This document shows positions 48,884-57,450 of a stretch of 64,000 nt of DNA, one piece after another. Below the pieces are notes generated by a model. The model saw only the letters and a program-made list of their open reading frames with translations. It was not told where the DNA came from and did no database searches. The translations under genes and the position numbers were made by a program. Source of the stretch: a bacterium (GTDB lineage Bacteria; Hydrothermota; 32-111); NCBI GenBank assembly GCA_050239825.1, contig JBFXGO010000004.1, positions 1-64,000 of the forward strand, in the 5' to 3' direction. Each line of letters starts with the position of its first letter. The first letter of the stretch is position 1.

Positions 48884-50419
48884 TCAGTATTTGAAAGAGG
48901 AATTTCCTATAAATTCCCTCAACACCGAGGTGGGTGGAATGAACTCCATGGATATCGGCTTGAAGAACGAAAGTATGAATTGAAGCCTCTTTGCATCAAG
49001 GTAATGCGGCTTCTCCTCGGTAATCCCGCCAAGCAGGGGTTCGGCAAAGTTTTTTAGCACGGAGAGCTCGTACAACAGAGATGAATTGAACATGAAATCG
49101 GCAGTCTCCTGAAATGGGAATATATTCTTCTCTTCTCCGCGTCTGACCGAACGCCACATTTCAAGGGTCTGGTCAGCAGAATGGTTTCTGAACAGATAAT
49201 CCCTCACGAGCCTCCTGATAAGACGGTTGTCGGTAGTTGATATCCTGTGCGTGCTGTCAATGTTTATCTGAGTTAAAGCGGAAACATATATTTTTGCCTT
49301 CTTCTCCTTTGGAACAGATTTTGTCAGTTTATCATTCAAGCCGTGGATTCCTTCGATTATCAAAATCGTGTTTTTTTCAAGTTTAGCTCTCTTTGTCTCC
49401 TTTTTTCTCACTCCCAGAGTGAAATCAAATACCGGAAGCTCCACTTCTCTGTTCTCAATGAGTTCAATCAGATTTTTGTTGAAGAGTTCAAGGTCGATTG
49501 CGTCTATCGATTCATAGTCGAATTCATTGTTTTCATCTTTGGGTGTCTTCTCTCTGTTTACGAAGTAATTGTCAAGCGAGATTCCCGAAACGGAAATGCC
49601 AAGCACGCGAAGTTGAACCGACAATCTTTTCAGAAATGTAGTCTTTCCGGAAGACGAGGGTCCTGCAATTGAAATGAGTCGTAGGCGGTTTCTCATTGAA
49701 TCTATCTGATGGGCTATGTCAACTATCCTTTTCTCATGAAGCGCCTCTGACACCTGAATGAGTTCGGCTATCTCCTGCCTTTCAATTGAATCCTGCAGAT
49801 TTTCGACAGACCTCCAGTTTAGGATCTTAGCCCAGTTTTCGGATTCGTTGAATACATTAAAAAGCTTCTTCTGATCGTTTTTTTCAAATGCCCTTCCGCT
49901 GAAAATTATTATTCCCGGAGGATAATATTTAATATATGCACCTTCAAGAAGAGAGGTCTTCGGCACAACCGGAGTGAAGAAAAAATCTTTTGTCCAGTTG
50001 AACTGTGCGAAGAATGCTCCATTCACGGATGAATTCTCCAATAGATACTTTTTTTTGCTGTCATCTTCAAATAGGGTGATAAGCTCATCCCTCTTTTTAA
50101 ACTTCGCTGTAATCATCTCATCGGATTTTATTATCTCCTGAAGCTTCTCATTCATTTCATCTATAGTTTTTTCACTGATGAGCACCGGTGAGAATATTTC
50201 GCAGTAGAGCCCCCCATTGATAGTGTGTTCGACATTAAGTTCACTATCCGGGAACATCGAATTCATTATTGATTTAACAACCAATATCAGGGAGTTTTGA
50301 AGAACAAGCTTGCCGTACATTGAATCGGAATAAACCGAAGACAAATCCGAATAATCACTCTCGCATGAGAGCGGTATTAGTCTGTCGTTTTTTCTGTAAC
50401 ATACTGTTTTTCCGTTCAT
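48884..50419 (-). CDS. Uridine/nucleoside kinase with N-terminal ThrRS-like domain
   Basis: IAGPSSSGKTT, SLDNYF, IEGIH, RRGEEKNIFP; N-terminal FPDSELNVEHTINGGLYC; the ORF-track start lies inside the tRNA, so ATG 50419 is used. Confidence 0.88.
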   Translation of the reverse strand: MNGKTVCYRKNDRLIPLSCESDYSDLSSVYSDSMYGKLVLQNSLILVVKSIMNSMFPDSELNVEHTINGGLYCEIFSPVLISEKTIDEMNEKLQEIIKSDEMITAKFKKRDELITLFEDDSKKKYLLENSSVNGAFFAQFNWTKDFFFTPVVPKTSLLEGAYIKYYPPGIIIFSGRAFEKNDQKKLFNVFNESENWAKILNWRSVENLQDSIERQEIAELIQVSEALHEKRIVDIAHQIDSMRNRLRLISIAGPSSSGKTTFLKRLSVQLRVLGISVSGISLDNYFVNREKTPKDENNEFDYESIDAIDLELFNKNLIELIENREVELPVFDFTLGVRKKETKRAKLEKNTILIIEGIHGLNDKLTKSVPKEKKAKIYVSALTQINIDSTHRISTTDNRLIRRLVRDYLFRNHSADQTLEMWRSVRRGEEKNIFPFQETADFMFNSSLLYELSVLKNFAEPLLGGITEEKPHYLDAKRLQFILSFFKPISMEFIPPTSVLREFIGNSSFKY

Positions 50420-50427
50420 AAAATTTA

Positions 50428-50499
50428 AGCTGGTGGGCGGATTTGAACCGCCGACCCGCGCTTTACGAAAGCGCTGCTCTACCACTGAGCCACACCAGC
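50428..50499 (-). tRNA. tRNA-Thr(CGT), CCA not encoded
   Basis: GCTGGTG acceptor stem, GCTCAGTGGTAGAGC D-arm, GCGCT-TTCGTAA-AGCGC anticodon arm, GGCGG-TTCAAAT-CCGCC T-arm. Confidence 0.97.
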
Positions 50500-50509
50500 A
50501 GAGTAGTAT

Positions 50510-50537
50510 ATTGTATGAAAAATCCGGGCTGAGTCAA
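50510..50537 (-). promoter_or_regulatory. Promoter for tRNA-Thr/kinase
   Basis: TTGACT-N16-TACAAT. Confidence 0.65.
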
Positions 50538-50630
50538 GAGCTCATAGATATTTAATCAATTGCTCTGTTCCCTCTCTCCGCCTCTAAGATTAAAATGCTT
50601 GTTGGTGAAATGCGGACGGCGCAGTGAGGC

Positions 50631-50661
50631 AAAAAAAAGGCGGCTATAAGCCGCCTTTTTT
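50631..50661. terminator. Intrinsic terminator after ECF operon
   Basis: A8-GGCGGC-TATAA-GCCGCC-T6. Confidence 0.9.
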
Positions 50662-50674
50662 GAGAGATATGTTC

Positions 50675-51733
50675 CTATTCCGTCTTTGCTTCCTCTTTTA
50701 TTATCTCTATTTTCTTCTCTGCGCTGTTCTTCTGAAAGACGGTTGAGCCGAACCTTGACATCAGAACTCCGCCGAAGGCAAATGTTATTATTATATAGTT
50801 CTGCATGTATTTCAGAAATCCGAAAAGAGTGTTCAGATAGTTTACATCAGCCCAATTGAGTATGTTGTGAATCAGTGGAATTATGCTGAAAGCCGCTATT
50901 CCGACGAATACGCTCATTATGGGGTTAAGCTCTCTCTTCCACAGTTTTTCTCCAATCCATTTTCCCGTGTAATTAACAACCGTAGCCCAGCCAAAGAGAA
51001 GTCCTGCAAGAAGGGCAAGCACAAAAAGAGGAATGAATGGTATTCCAACAATGCTTATTGCAAGAAGTATTATCGCCGGAATTATGAGAACCTCTGTAAG
51101 CAAACCCATCAAAAATATGAAGAGGGGGCTCTCAAGTATTGATGATTCAACTCTCTTGTGCTGTTTTACAATCATTATCACAGCCGCGGCAATGGCGAAC
51201 ATTACTATAAATGCGGCAAGCATGTTGAAAATATCGGTTATGTCAAATCTGTCCCTCTCCATCGTGAACTTGCCTTCTGAATTGTGAGAGGCCAAAAGCC
51301 TGACGATGGCTCCAATGCCGTTTATTTGAATGTTTGTCTTTTCTCCTTTGAAGACTGCCGCCGTGTCAATGTCAGCTCTGCTTCCGAGCATGACAAATTC
51401 CTGTTCAACCACTGTCAAAGGTCCGATTTTGCCGGTAGAGCCTATAAGAACAAGCTCTCCCTTGATCTGCGCATTCACATCAAATGTGCCGCCTATGCAA
51501 ACGACATCACCTTCGACAATTCCATCTACATTTATGTGGCCGCCTATGGTGACAACATCATCATTGAGGGAATCAGCCTCCTCCGGATCAAAGTCATCAG
51601 CTTCCTCGGCTAGAACTGGCTTCTGCTCCATCTGAGGCTTTGCTTCCACCGGACTTTCGGCGACCTGCGCAAATGCTGCAAGCGCGGTGGAAAGAATAAT
51701 AACCAGCGCAAGTGTTTTCAAAAATGTCTTCAT
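50675..51733 (-). CDS. Bactofilin-like beta-solenoid plus multi-TM membrane protein
   Basis: DVVTIGG.I.VDG.VEGDVVCIGG repeats; SIVGIPFIP TM region. Confidence 0.75.
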   Translation of the reverse strand: MKTFLKTLALVIILSTALAAFAQVAESPVEAKPQMEQKPVLAEEADDFDPEEADSLNDDVVTIGGHINVDGIVEGDVVCIGGTFDVNAQIKGELVLIGSTGKIGPLTVVEQEFVMLGSRADIDTAAVFKGEKTNIQINGIGAIVRLLASHNSEGKFTMERDRFDITDIFNMLAAFIVMFAIAAAVIMIVKQHKRVESSILESPLFIFLMGLLTEVLIIPAIILLAISIVGIPFIPLFVLALLAGLLFGWATVVNYTGKWIGEKLWKRELNPIMSVFVGIAAFSIIPLIHNILNWADVNYLNTLFGFLKYMQNYIIITFAFGGVLMSRFGSTVFQKNSAEKKIEIIKEEAKTE

Positions 51734-52140
51734 CTATTTCCTCCTTTTTTCTTGTTTTTCTTATGCATTGCAAGGGCGCCTACTGAAATTATCAGCATTC
51801 CTGCAAGAGGCACGTAAAGATACTCTCCCCTGTAATGTGGAAGTATCTGCGACAGTATATTTAAAGCTCTCGCCAAACCCTGCAAAAATGAAATTATCCT
51901 GTCGCCCGTAAAATCCCATGTAAATGAGAATATGGCGTTTCTTGAATAGACGATTGTAAAGAGCACGGATGATACAAGATATCCTATTATCGGAGCTATC
52001 AGAATTCTTGCAGGCCTTTGTTTTATTTTCTTTGCTGCAATCGCCTTCATAACATTCTCTTCGGTGGAATCTATCGCGGGAGTTTCATAATCCCTGAATA
52101 AATCTTCTATTCCTATCAGTTTTTCATTTTTATCTTTCAT
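51730..52140 (-). CDS. Putative membrane anti-sigma factor
   Basis: Directly downstream of ECF sigma; ENVMKAI motif followed by two TMs. Confidence 0.6.
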   Translation of the reverse strand: MKDKNEKLIGIEDLFRDYETPAIDSTEENVMKAIAAKKIKQRPARILIAPIIGYLVSSVLFTIVYSRNAIFSFTWDFTGDRIISFLQGLARALNILSQILPHYRGEYLYVPLAGMLIISVGALAMHKKNKKKGGNR

Positions 52141-52144
52141 ATTT

Positions 52145-52681
52145 TCACCTCTCGCATTTTTTCATTTCCAGCAGTTCCCGCATCTTTTCCTTTGCCCTGA
52201 ACAGCTTAACATTAACTCTGTTTTCAGGAATCTCCATTGCTTCGGCTATTTCTTTATTTGAGAATCCCTCTTTATACTTCATTATAAGGAGAGTGCGGTC
52301 ATCCTCTTTCAGCCTCGCCATCGCCTTTTCTAGCGCCTTTTGCTGCTGCATTTCATCCAAACCGTGTAGATTTTTGTTGTCCGGTATTTCATAATCAAGC
52401 TCTTCAATGCTTATTGTTTTCTTTTTTTTCCTTATGTAATCTATCGTGTGGTTTCTCGCAATCTTTATAACCCAAGGCTTGAATTCATGCTCTTCACTGT
52501 ATGAGTTCAGATTTTCAAACGCCTTTATGAATGTTTCCTGAGTGAGATCCTTGGTTGTTTCTATGTCAAAGACCATTGAATAGATTATGCTGTTGACTAT
52601 TCTTTCGTACTTTCTCAGGAGAAGCGCAAAGAGTTCTTTGTCTCCCGACCTGATTCTTTTGACTGTTGTTTTTTCATCCAT
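52145..52681 (-). CDS. ECF sigma factor (SigW-like)
   Basis: DLTQETFIKAF, FKPWVIKIARN, EGFSNKEIA, LFRAK. Confidence 0.93.
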   Translation of the reverse strand: MDEKTTVKRIRSGDKELFALLLRKYERIVNSIIYSMVFDIETTKDLTQETFIKAFENLNSYSEEHEFKPWVIKIARNHTIDYIRKKKKTISIEELDYEIPDNKNLHGLDEMQQQKALEKAMARLKEDDRTLLIMKYKEGFSNKEIAEAMEIPENRVNVKLFRAKEKMRELLEMKKCER

Positions 52682-52701
52682 AATTTGCTTTCATCTATCC
52701 C

Positions 52702-52727
52702 TACGGGTTAAAAGTTTAAAAATTACA
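52702..52727 (-). promoter_or_regulatory. Putative autoregulatory ECF promoter
   Basis: TGTAAT-N16-CGTA upstream of the ECF sigma gene. Confidence 0.5.
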
Positions 52728-52780
52728 TAAATCTTAAGTCATTCTTTGTTTCAGTCAACAACAAAAAAAACATTTTTGTG

Positions 52781-52808
52781 TTGCATTTTTACGAAAATTA
52801 TATATACT
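52781..52808 (+). promoter_or_regulatory. Sigma70 promoter
   Basis: TTGCAT-N16-TATACT; divergent TTGACT-N16-TAAGAT at 52758-52731. Confidence 0.55.
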
Positions 52809-52836
52809 TTTATTTATTATAAAAAAAGGAGTTTGG

Positions 52837-54099
52837 ATGAGAATTGAGTGTCCAAAATGTCACAAAAAATATGAAGTTGAGGATATGTATATTCCTATAG
52901 GCGGAGGACCTGTAAGATGCCCCAATTGCAAAAATATTTTTGGGATCTATGTTGAGCCGATGGATATTCCCATGACAGAGATAATTGAAGATGACGAACA
53001 GCCGGCCGCTTCAGCAGGAACCCCTTTTACCACACCTGAGATAGGAGAGACATCCTTCTCACCGGAATATGCGCCTCAGGAGGAGCAGGCGAATTCACCT
53101 GCAGACAGTGATAACCTCTCCGAGCAGTTGAATGACCTCGGCAGTTTCTCAAGCTCCGTTCCTGAAACAGAGACTGCATTCGCACAGCCGACGGAAGAGA
53201 CTCAGAATTTCGGCAATATATCATTTGACCCTGCCAAATCAGCTCCTGTGGAGGAGGCAAAACCCTCATTTTCTCAAAGCATGGATGATTTTGGAGTTCC
53301 TCCAGCATTTGCTCAGCCTGCTCAACCTAAAACAGCAGAGCCTGCAATGCCTGATTTCGGAGCAAGTCCATTTGCACAGCCAAAACCTGCCGCTCCTCAA
53401 ACACAGGACTTTGGAGTCCCTCCAGCATTTGCTCAGCCGACTCAGCCTAAAACAGCAGAGCCTGCAATGCCTGATTTCGGAGCAAGCCCATTTGCGCAGC
53501 CAAAACCTGCCGCTCCTCAAACACAGGACTTTGGAGTCCCTCCCGCATTTGCTCAGCCGACTCAACCTAAAACAGCAGAGCCTGCAATGCCTGATTTCGG
53601 AGCAAGTCCATTTGCGCAGCCAAAACCTGCCGCTCCTCAAACACAGGACTTTGGAGCAGTGCCTCCAGCATTTGCTCAACAAAAGCCGGTAGAGCCTGTG
53701 ACACATGAACCTATGCCTTTTCCTGCTGCAAAACCAGCACCTCAACCCCAGCAATCGGCTCCTGTCGGACATATAAAGCCGGGCGGAGCAATGTTTGATG
53801 TTCTTCTCGCAGGATTCAATCTTCCGCCGAATTTCAGCTCTATGCCTGAAAACATGCAGAAGGTTCATAAAGATGCCGTCAAGCTTGCACGACAACTTGC
53901 AAAGGACATTCTCCTATACCATAAAGATGAGGTGGAGAAGGGTATGGCAAATGGAAATATCAAAGAGTCTATGAAGGATGAAATTGAAAAATCTTATAAA
54001 TTCTATACACAGAGAATTCAACCTGAAATAATTTCAAGCAGCAATTACTTCAATGAAGCATTGAATAAAATTGTAGCAAAAGGACAGAAGATTTTTTAG
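52837..54099 (+). CDS. MJ0042-type zinc-ribbon protein with Pro-rich repeats and helical C-terminal domain
   Basis: CPKC...VRCPNC; acidic/Pro linker; AVKLARQLAKDILLYH. Confidence 0.85.
   Translation: MRIECPKCHKKYEVEDMYIPIGGGPVRCPNCKNIFGIYVEPMDIPMTEIIEDDEQPAASAGTPFTTPEIGETSFSPEYAPQEEQANSPADSDNLSEQLNDLGSFSSSVPETETAFAQPTEETQNFGNISFDPAKSAPVEEAKPSFSQSMDDFGVPPAFAQPAQPKTAEPAMPDFGASPFAQPKPAAPQTQDFGVPPAFAQPTQPKTAEPAMPDFGASPFAQPKPAAPQTQDFGVPPAFAQPTQPKTAEPAMPDFGASPFAQPKPAAPQTQDFGAVPPAFAQQKPVEPVTHEPMPFPAAKPAPQPQQSAPVGHIKPGGAMFDVLLAGFNLPPNFSSMPENMQKVHKDAVKLARQLAKDILLYHKDEVEKGMANGNIKESMKDEIEKSYKFYTQRIQPEIISSSNYFNEALNKIVAKGQKIF
53287..53678 (+). repeat. Coding tandem repeat, 3 x 120 bp plus partial copy
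   Basis: Units start at 53287, 53407, 53527, 53647: DFGVPPAFAQP(A/T)QPKTAEPAMPDFGASPFAQPKPAAPQTQ. Confidence 0.95.
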
Positions 54100-54121
54100 A
54101 ATTATAGTCCTTAAAATATCG

Positions 54122-54152
54122 ATAAGAGAGGCGCATTAAGCGCCTCTCTTAT
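54122..54152. terminator. Bidirectional terminator hairpin
   Basis: ATAAGAGAGGCGC-ATTAA-GCGCCTCTCTTAT between convergent genes. Confidence 0.85.
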
Positions 54153-55429
54153 TTTGCAAGCTCATTCAGCCGCTTCACTGCACAAAAATCACCGCACATG
54201 GTGCATTCTTTATTTTCTCCTATCTCAGACTCCGATCTGTATCTTGCCGCTTTTAATGGGTCGATTGAATTAATTATCTGTTTGTCCCACTCAAGGTTTC
54301 TTCTTGCATCTGTCATCTTTCTGTTTTTTCTCAAAGCATACGGCCTCTCTCTTGCAAGGTCTGCGGAGAATGCCGCTATCAGAGACGCAACAACTCCCTC
54401 CTTTACATCTGCCGGTGTCGGCAGTCGAAGATGCTCCGATGGAGTCACATAGCACAAAAAATCAGCTCCATTATAGGCGGCAATTGCTCCTCCTATGGCT
54501 CCTGCTATGTGGTCGTACCCTGCCGAAATGTCATTGACAAGAGGCCCGAGAACATAAAATGGAACATTGTGGCAGATCCTCTTCATAAGCTTCACATTCA
54601 TTTCAATTTGATTCAAAGGAACATGACCCGGACCCTCAACCATAACCTGCACACCTTTGTCTAGAGCCATCTGCGTGAGTTCGCCGAGCACTATAAGCTC
54701 CTCTATCTGTGCCCTGTCCGAGGCATCAGCGCATGCCCCGGGTCTCATTCCGTCTCCCAATGATATTGTCACATCATACTCGTGTAGTATGTCAAGTATT
54801 TTATCAAAATGCTCAAAGAGAGGAGATTCTTTACAGTTGTGCTTCATCCAAGCAATTAGAAATGAACCTCCCCTTGATACTACATTCATTATTCTTTTTT
54901 CATTGAACATCCTGTTCATAGTTGCGATATTAACTCCGGAGTGTATTGTCATGAAATCAACGCCGCTCTTTGCCTGCTCCTCAACCGTCTTAAGATAGTC
55001 GTCTATAGTCATGTCGACAATGTCCTTCTTTTCGTTAGAGAGGTTAAATCCCGTCTCATAGATCGGAACTGTGCCGACCATGACATCGGATTCCTCAAGA
55101 ACTCTCTTCCTTATTATCTTGATTTTACTGCCCAAAGAGAGGTCCATAACGGAGTGCGCTCCGGCATCAATTGCTGTTTTTAGTTTCAAAATCTCTTCAT
55201 CAATGTCAATATGATACGGAGAGGAGCCGATATTTGCATTTACTTTTACAGAGAGGCCTTCTCCGATTCCATATATGAATTTTTTCTTTCTTTTGCTGTT
55301 GTTGGGAATAGCTATAATTCCTCTCTTCATTCCTTCAAGTATGAAATTCTCTGACACATTTTCAAAATTCGCCACCTCTTTCATCTCTTCCGTTATGATA
55401 TTTTTCAGTGCTTTATCTCTCAGTGTCAT
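54149..55429 (-). CDS. thiC: Phosphomethylpyrimidine synthase
   Basis: KVNANIG, VSRGGS, EGPGHVP, YVTPSEHL, CTMCGDFC. Confidence 0.96.
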   Translation of the reverse strand: MTLRDKALKNIITEEMKEVANFENVSENFILEGMKRGIIAIPNNSKRKKKFIYGIGEGLSVKVNANIGSSPYHIDIDEEILKLKTAIDAGAHSVMDLSLGSKIKIIRKRVLEESDVMVGTVPIYETGFNLSNEKKDIVDMTIDDYLKTVEEQAKSGVDFMTIHSGVNIATMNRMFNEKRIMNVVSRGGSFLIAWMKHNCKESPLFEHFDKILDILHEYDVTISLGDGMRPGACADASDRAQIEELIVLGELTQMALDKGVQVMVEGPGHVPLNQIEMNVKLMKRICHNVPFYVLGPLVNDISAGYDHIAGAIGGAIAAYNGADFLCYVTPSEHLRLPTPADVKEGVVASLIAAFSADLARERPYALRKNRKMTDARRNLEWDKQIINSIDPLKAARYRSESEIGENKECTMCGDFCAVKRLNELAK

Positions 55430-56465
55430 TTTTTCTCCTTAATATTGATTGTATTTTTTTGATTTCCCTCTCCGGCGAGCCGCTCTCTGTTATGTAGGAG
55501 AGAATTGCGGCATTCATAAAACCTATCTTTAAAACTGCTTTCAGATTGTGCTCTTTTATTCCGCCTATGCATACTGCGGGTACCGAAGATTCTTTCAGCA
55601 TTTTTTCAGCTTCGGAGAGTCCAAGCACCCTGTCTTTTAGAATCTTTGAGTCAGTCGGGAATACGGGTCCTATGCCCACATAATCCGGCATCTCTTTCAA
55701 CGCGCATTTAAGTTGTTTCATATTATGAGTTGATTTTCCTATTATAAGGCCACTCGATTCCCTCCTCGCCGCAAAAACAGGTATGTCGGTCTGTCCAAGA
55801 TGCACACCGTCGGCATCTGACAGCAAAGCTATGTCAAGTCTGTCATTAACAATAAAGAGAGTGTCGGAGTTCTTCGTGATTGAGCGTATTGCTCTTGCTT
55901 TTTTCAGAAGCTCCCTGCCTTCCATAAATTTGTCGCGGAACTGTATGACTCTTATACCATTCTTGACCGCTATTTCGGAGAGTTTTTCGTATCCGACCTT
56001 TGGATTTGTCATGATTATGTAGAGACCCATTTTATCTGCAAACCTTTTTCTTTTCATTGAAATAAAGAGATTTCTTTCAATATCATAGAGAGAGTATCTC
56101 ATCTCTTTGAAATTTCCTGTTTTCGAGCCTTCCAATTTTGAAAATTCTTCAAGCGACCTGCATGCCTCCTGGGCTCTGCCGAATGCGCTTCCAAGGATAT
56201 CGTCGATTGATGTTCTCTTGTTCATATCAAATGACTGCTCTCGGCCTAAATCCTTTTCACTCTCTCTGAAAGGAAGAGCATACTTTTCATAACTTTTCCT
56301 GTAATTATCAAACTGAGACCTGAGAAATTTAATTTTCTTTGTTTGTTTTTCATCACTAATATGAAATCTGCATATATCCTCAATCATTCTCAATGCCTCT
56401 GACAGCCGGTTGATATTTACATCAATTATTCTTGGGGACGGTGCTTGTATTTTTGTATTTTTCAT
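55413..56465 (-). CDS. thiE: Thiamine-phosphate synthase with N-terminal ThiD2-like domain
   Basis: RIIDVNINRLSEALRMIED...RSLEE N-domain; QFRDK, IVND, GVHLGQ.D, IGGI. Confidence 0.92.
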   Translation of the reverse strand: MKNTKIQAPSPRIIDVNINRLSEALRMIEDICRFHISDEKQTKKIKFLRSQFDNYRKSYEKYALPFRESEKDLGREQSFDMNKRTSIDDILGSAFGRAQEACRSLEEFSKLEGSKTGNFKEMRYSLYDIERNLFISMKRKRFADKMGLYIIMTNPKVGYEKLSEIAVKNGIRVIQFRDKFMEGRELLKKARAIRSITKNSDTLFIVNDRLDIALLSDADGVHLGQTDIPVFAARRESSGLIIGKSTHNMKQLKCALKEMPDYVGIGPVFPTDSKILKDRVLGLSEAEKMLKESSVPAVCIGGIKEHNLKAVLKIGFMNAAILSYITESGSPEREIKKIQSILRRKNDTER

Positions 56466-56466
56466 A

Positions 56467-57246
56467 CTATCCCCTTCTTATACTCTCCTTTAAAAGTCCG
56501 TATGCTTTCTGCCCTGAAAGAAGCATTCCGCCAAATATAGGACCCATCCTGAATCCTCCGCACACTCCATTTGCGGCCATGCCTGAAACAAAGAAATTTT
56601 TGTAAATTTCTTTTGTGTTTTCGACTGTCTGTTTCTCTCCTACTTCCGCATTCATCGGCTTCTCTCCTTCAAATTCTCCTGACGGGGTGTTAAGCCTGAC
56701 TCCTGCCTTTTTAACCAGAGTATTCGCAAGCTCCGCGGGATGCCCTGTTGAATCCATCACAGTTTTTGAATAGACGGTTATAGGGTCGACATGAAGCCCC
56801 ATATGCTCAACCGGAGTCCAATTTATCACAATTCCGCACACTGAATCATTCTTAAAGACAGTGTCAACAACTTTTACAAGATTGAAGAGCTTCGCTCCTG
56901 AATTCACGGCAGAGTTTATAAGCGCGGAAGTGCACTCAACAGAATCGCATGTAAAGTAATCATCGTTATGCTCCTTCACTCTCACATTGAACATTTTGAG
57001 AACATTTAGAGCCTCTCTCTGCACTACTATTTCATTGAACATCATTCCGCCGCCCCACATGCCGCCTCCGGGAGCAAGTTTCGATTCATAGACCGCAACA
57101 TTAAATCCGTCTTTCGCCAAAAGAGCTGCCGCCACAAGACCTGACGGACCTGCGCCTACTATTGCGGCATCAAGATGCAATGAATCTTTCAGCTTCTTAA
57201 AGTAAGAGTCTATTATCAGTTCGCTCACCTTTGTGTCATCAAGCAT
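56467..57246 (-). CDS. thi4: Thi4-type thiazole synthase (His-type, sulfide-dependent)
   Basis: GAGPSG, GGGMWGGGM, LHVDP, RMGPIFGGMLLSG; ATG 57246 with GGAGG SD. Confidence 0.92.
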   Translation of the reverse strand: MLDDTKVSELIIDSYFKKLKDSLHLDAAIVGAGPSGLVAAALLAKDGFNVAVYESKLAPGGGMWGGGMMFNEIVVQREALNVLKMFNVRVKEHNDDYFTCDSVECTSALINSAVNSGAKLFNLVKVVDTVFKNDSVCGIVINWTPVEHMGLHVDPITVYSKTVMDSTGHPAELANTLVKKAGVRLNTPSGEFEGEKPMNAEVGEKQTVENTKEIYKNFFVSGMAANGVCGGFRMGPIFGGMLLSGQKAYGLLKESIRRG

Positions 57247-57265
57247 TTTAACCTCCATTAAGAAT

Positions 57266-57291
57266 AAAAAAAATCAGGGGAACCTGATTTT
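57266..57291 (-). terminator. Riboswitch expression-platform terminator
   Basis: AAAATCAGG-TTCC-CCTGATTTTTTTT on minus strand between aptamer and SD. Confidence 0.8.
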
Positions 57292-57292
57292 G

Positions 57293-57382
57293 TAATTTTC
57301 CTACGGCAGAATTACCTGCATCAGGTTCAAGGGTCAGCGGAAAAGACCGCTTTCTCAGCCACTTTTAGTAGCTCCCCAAATA
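57293..57382 (-). ncRNA. TPP riboswitch
   Basis: GGGGAGC...GCTGAGA...ACCCTTGAACCTGATGCAGGTAATTCTGCCGTAGGAAA upstream of the thi operon. Confidence 0.95.
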
Positions 57383-57450
57383 GATTAAACACCATATCAA
57401 ACATAAAGTCAAGACCCGCATCTTAAAAACGCAATCTGACAGGTAATTCA

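Noticed and set aside
50420..50485. ORF-track N-terminal extension of the kinase
   Set aside because: Lies within the tRNA-Thr gene
50560..50630. Possible small RNA between the terminator and tRNA promoter
   Set aside because: Only a weak TCCGC/GCGGA pairing; no recognisable family motif
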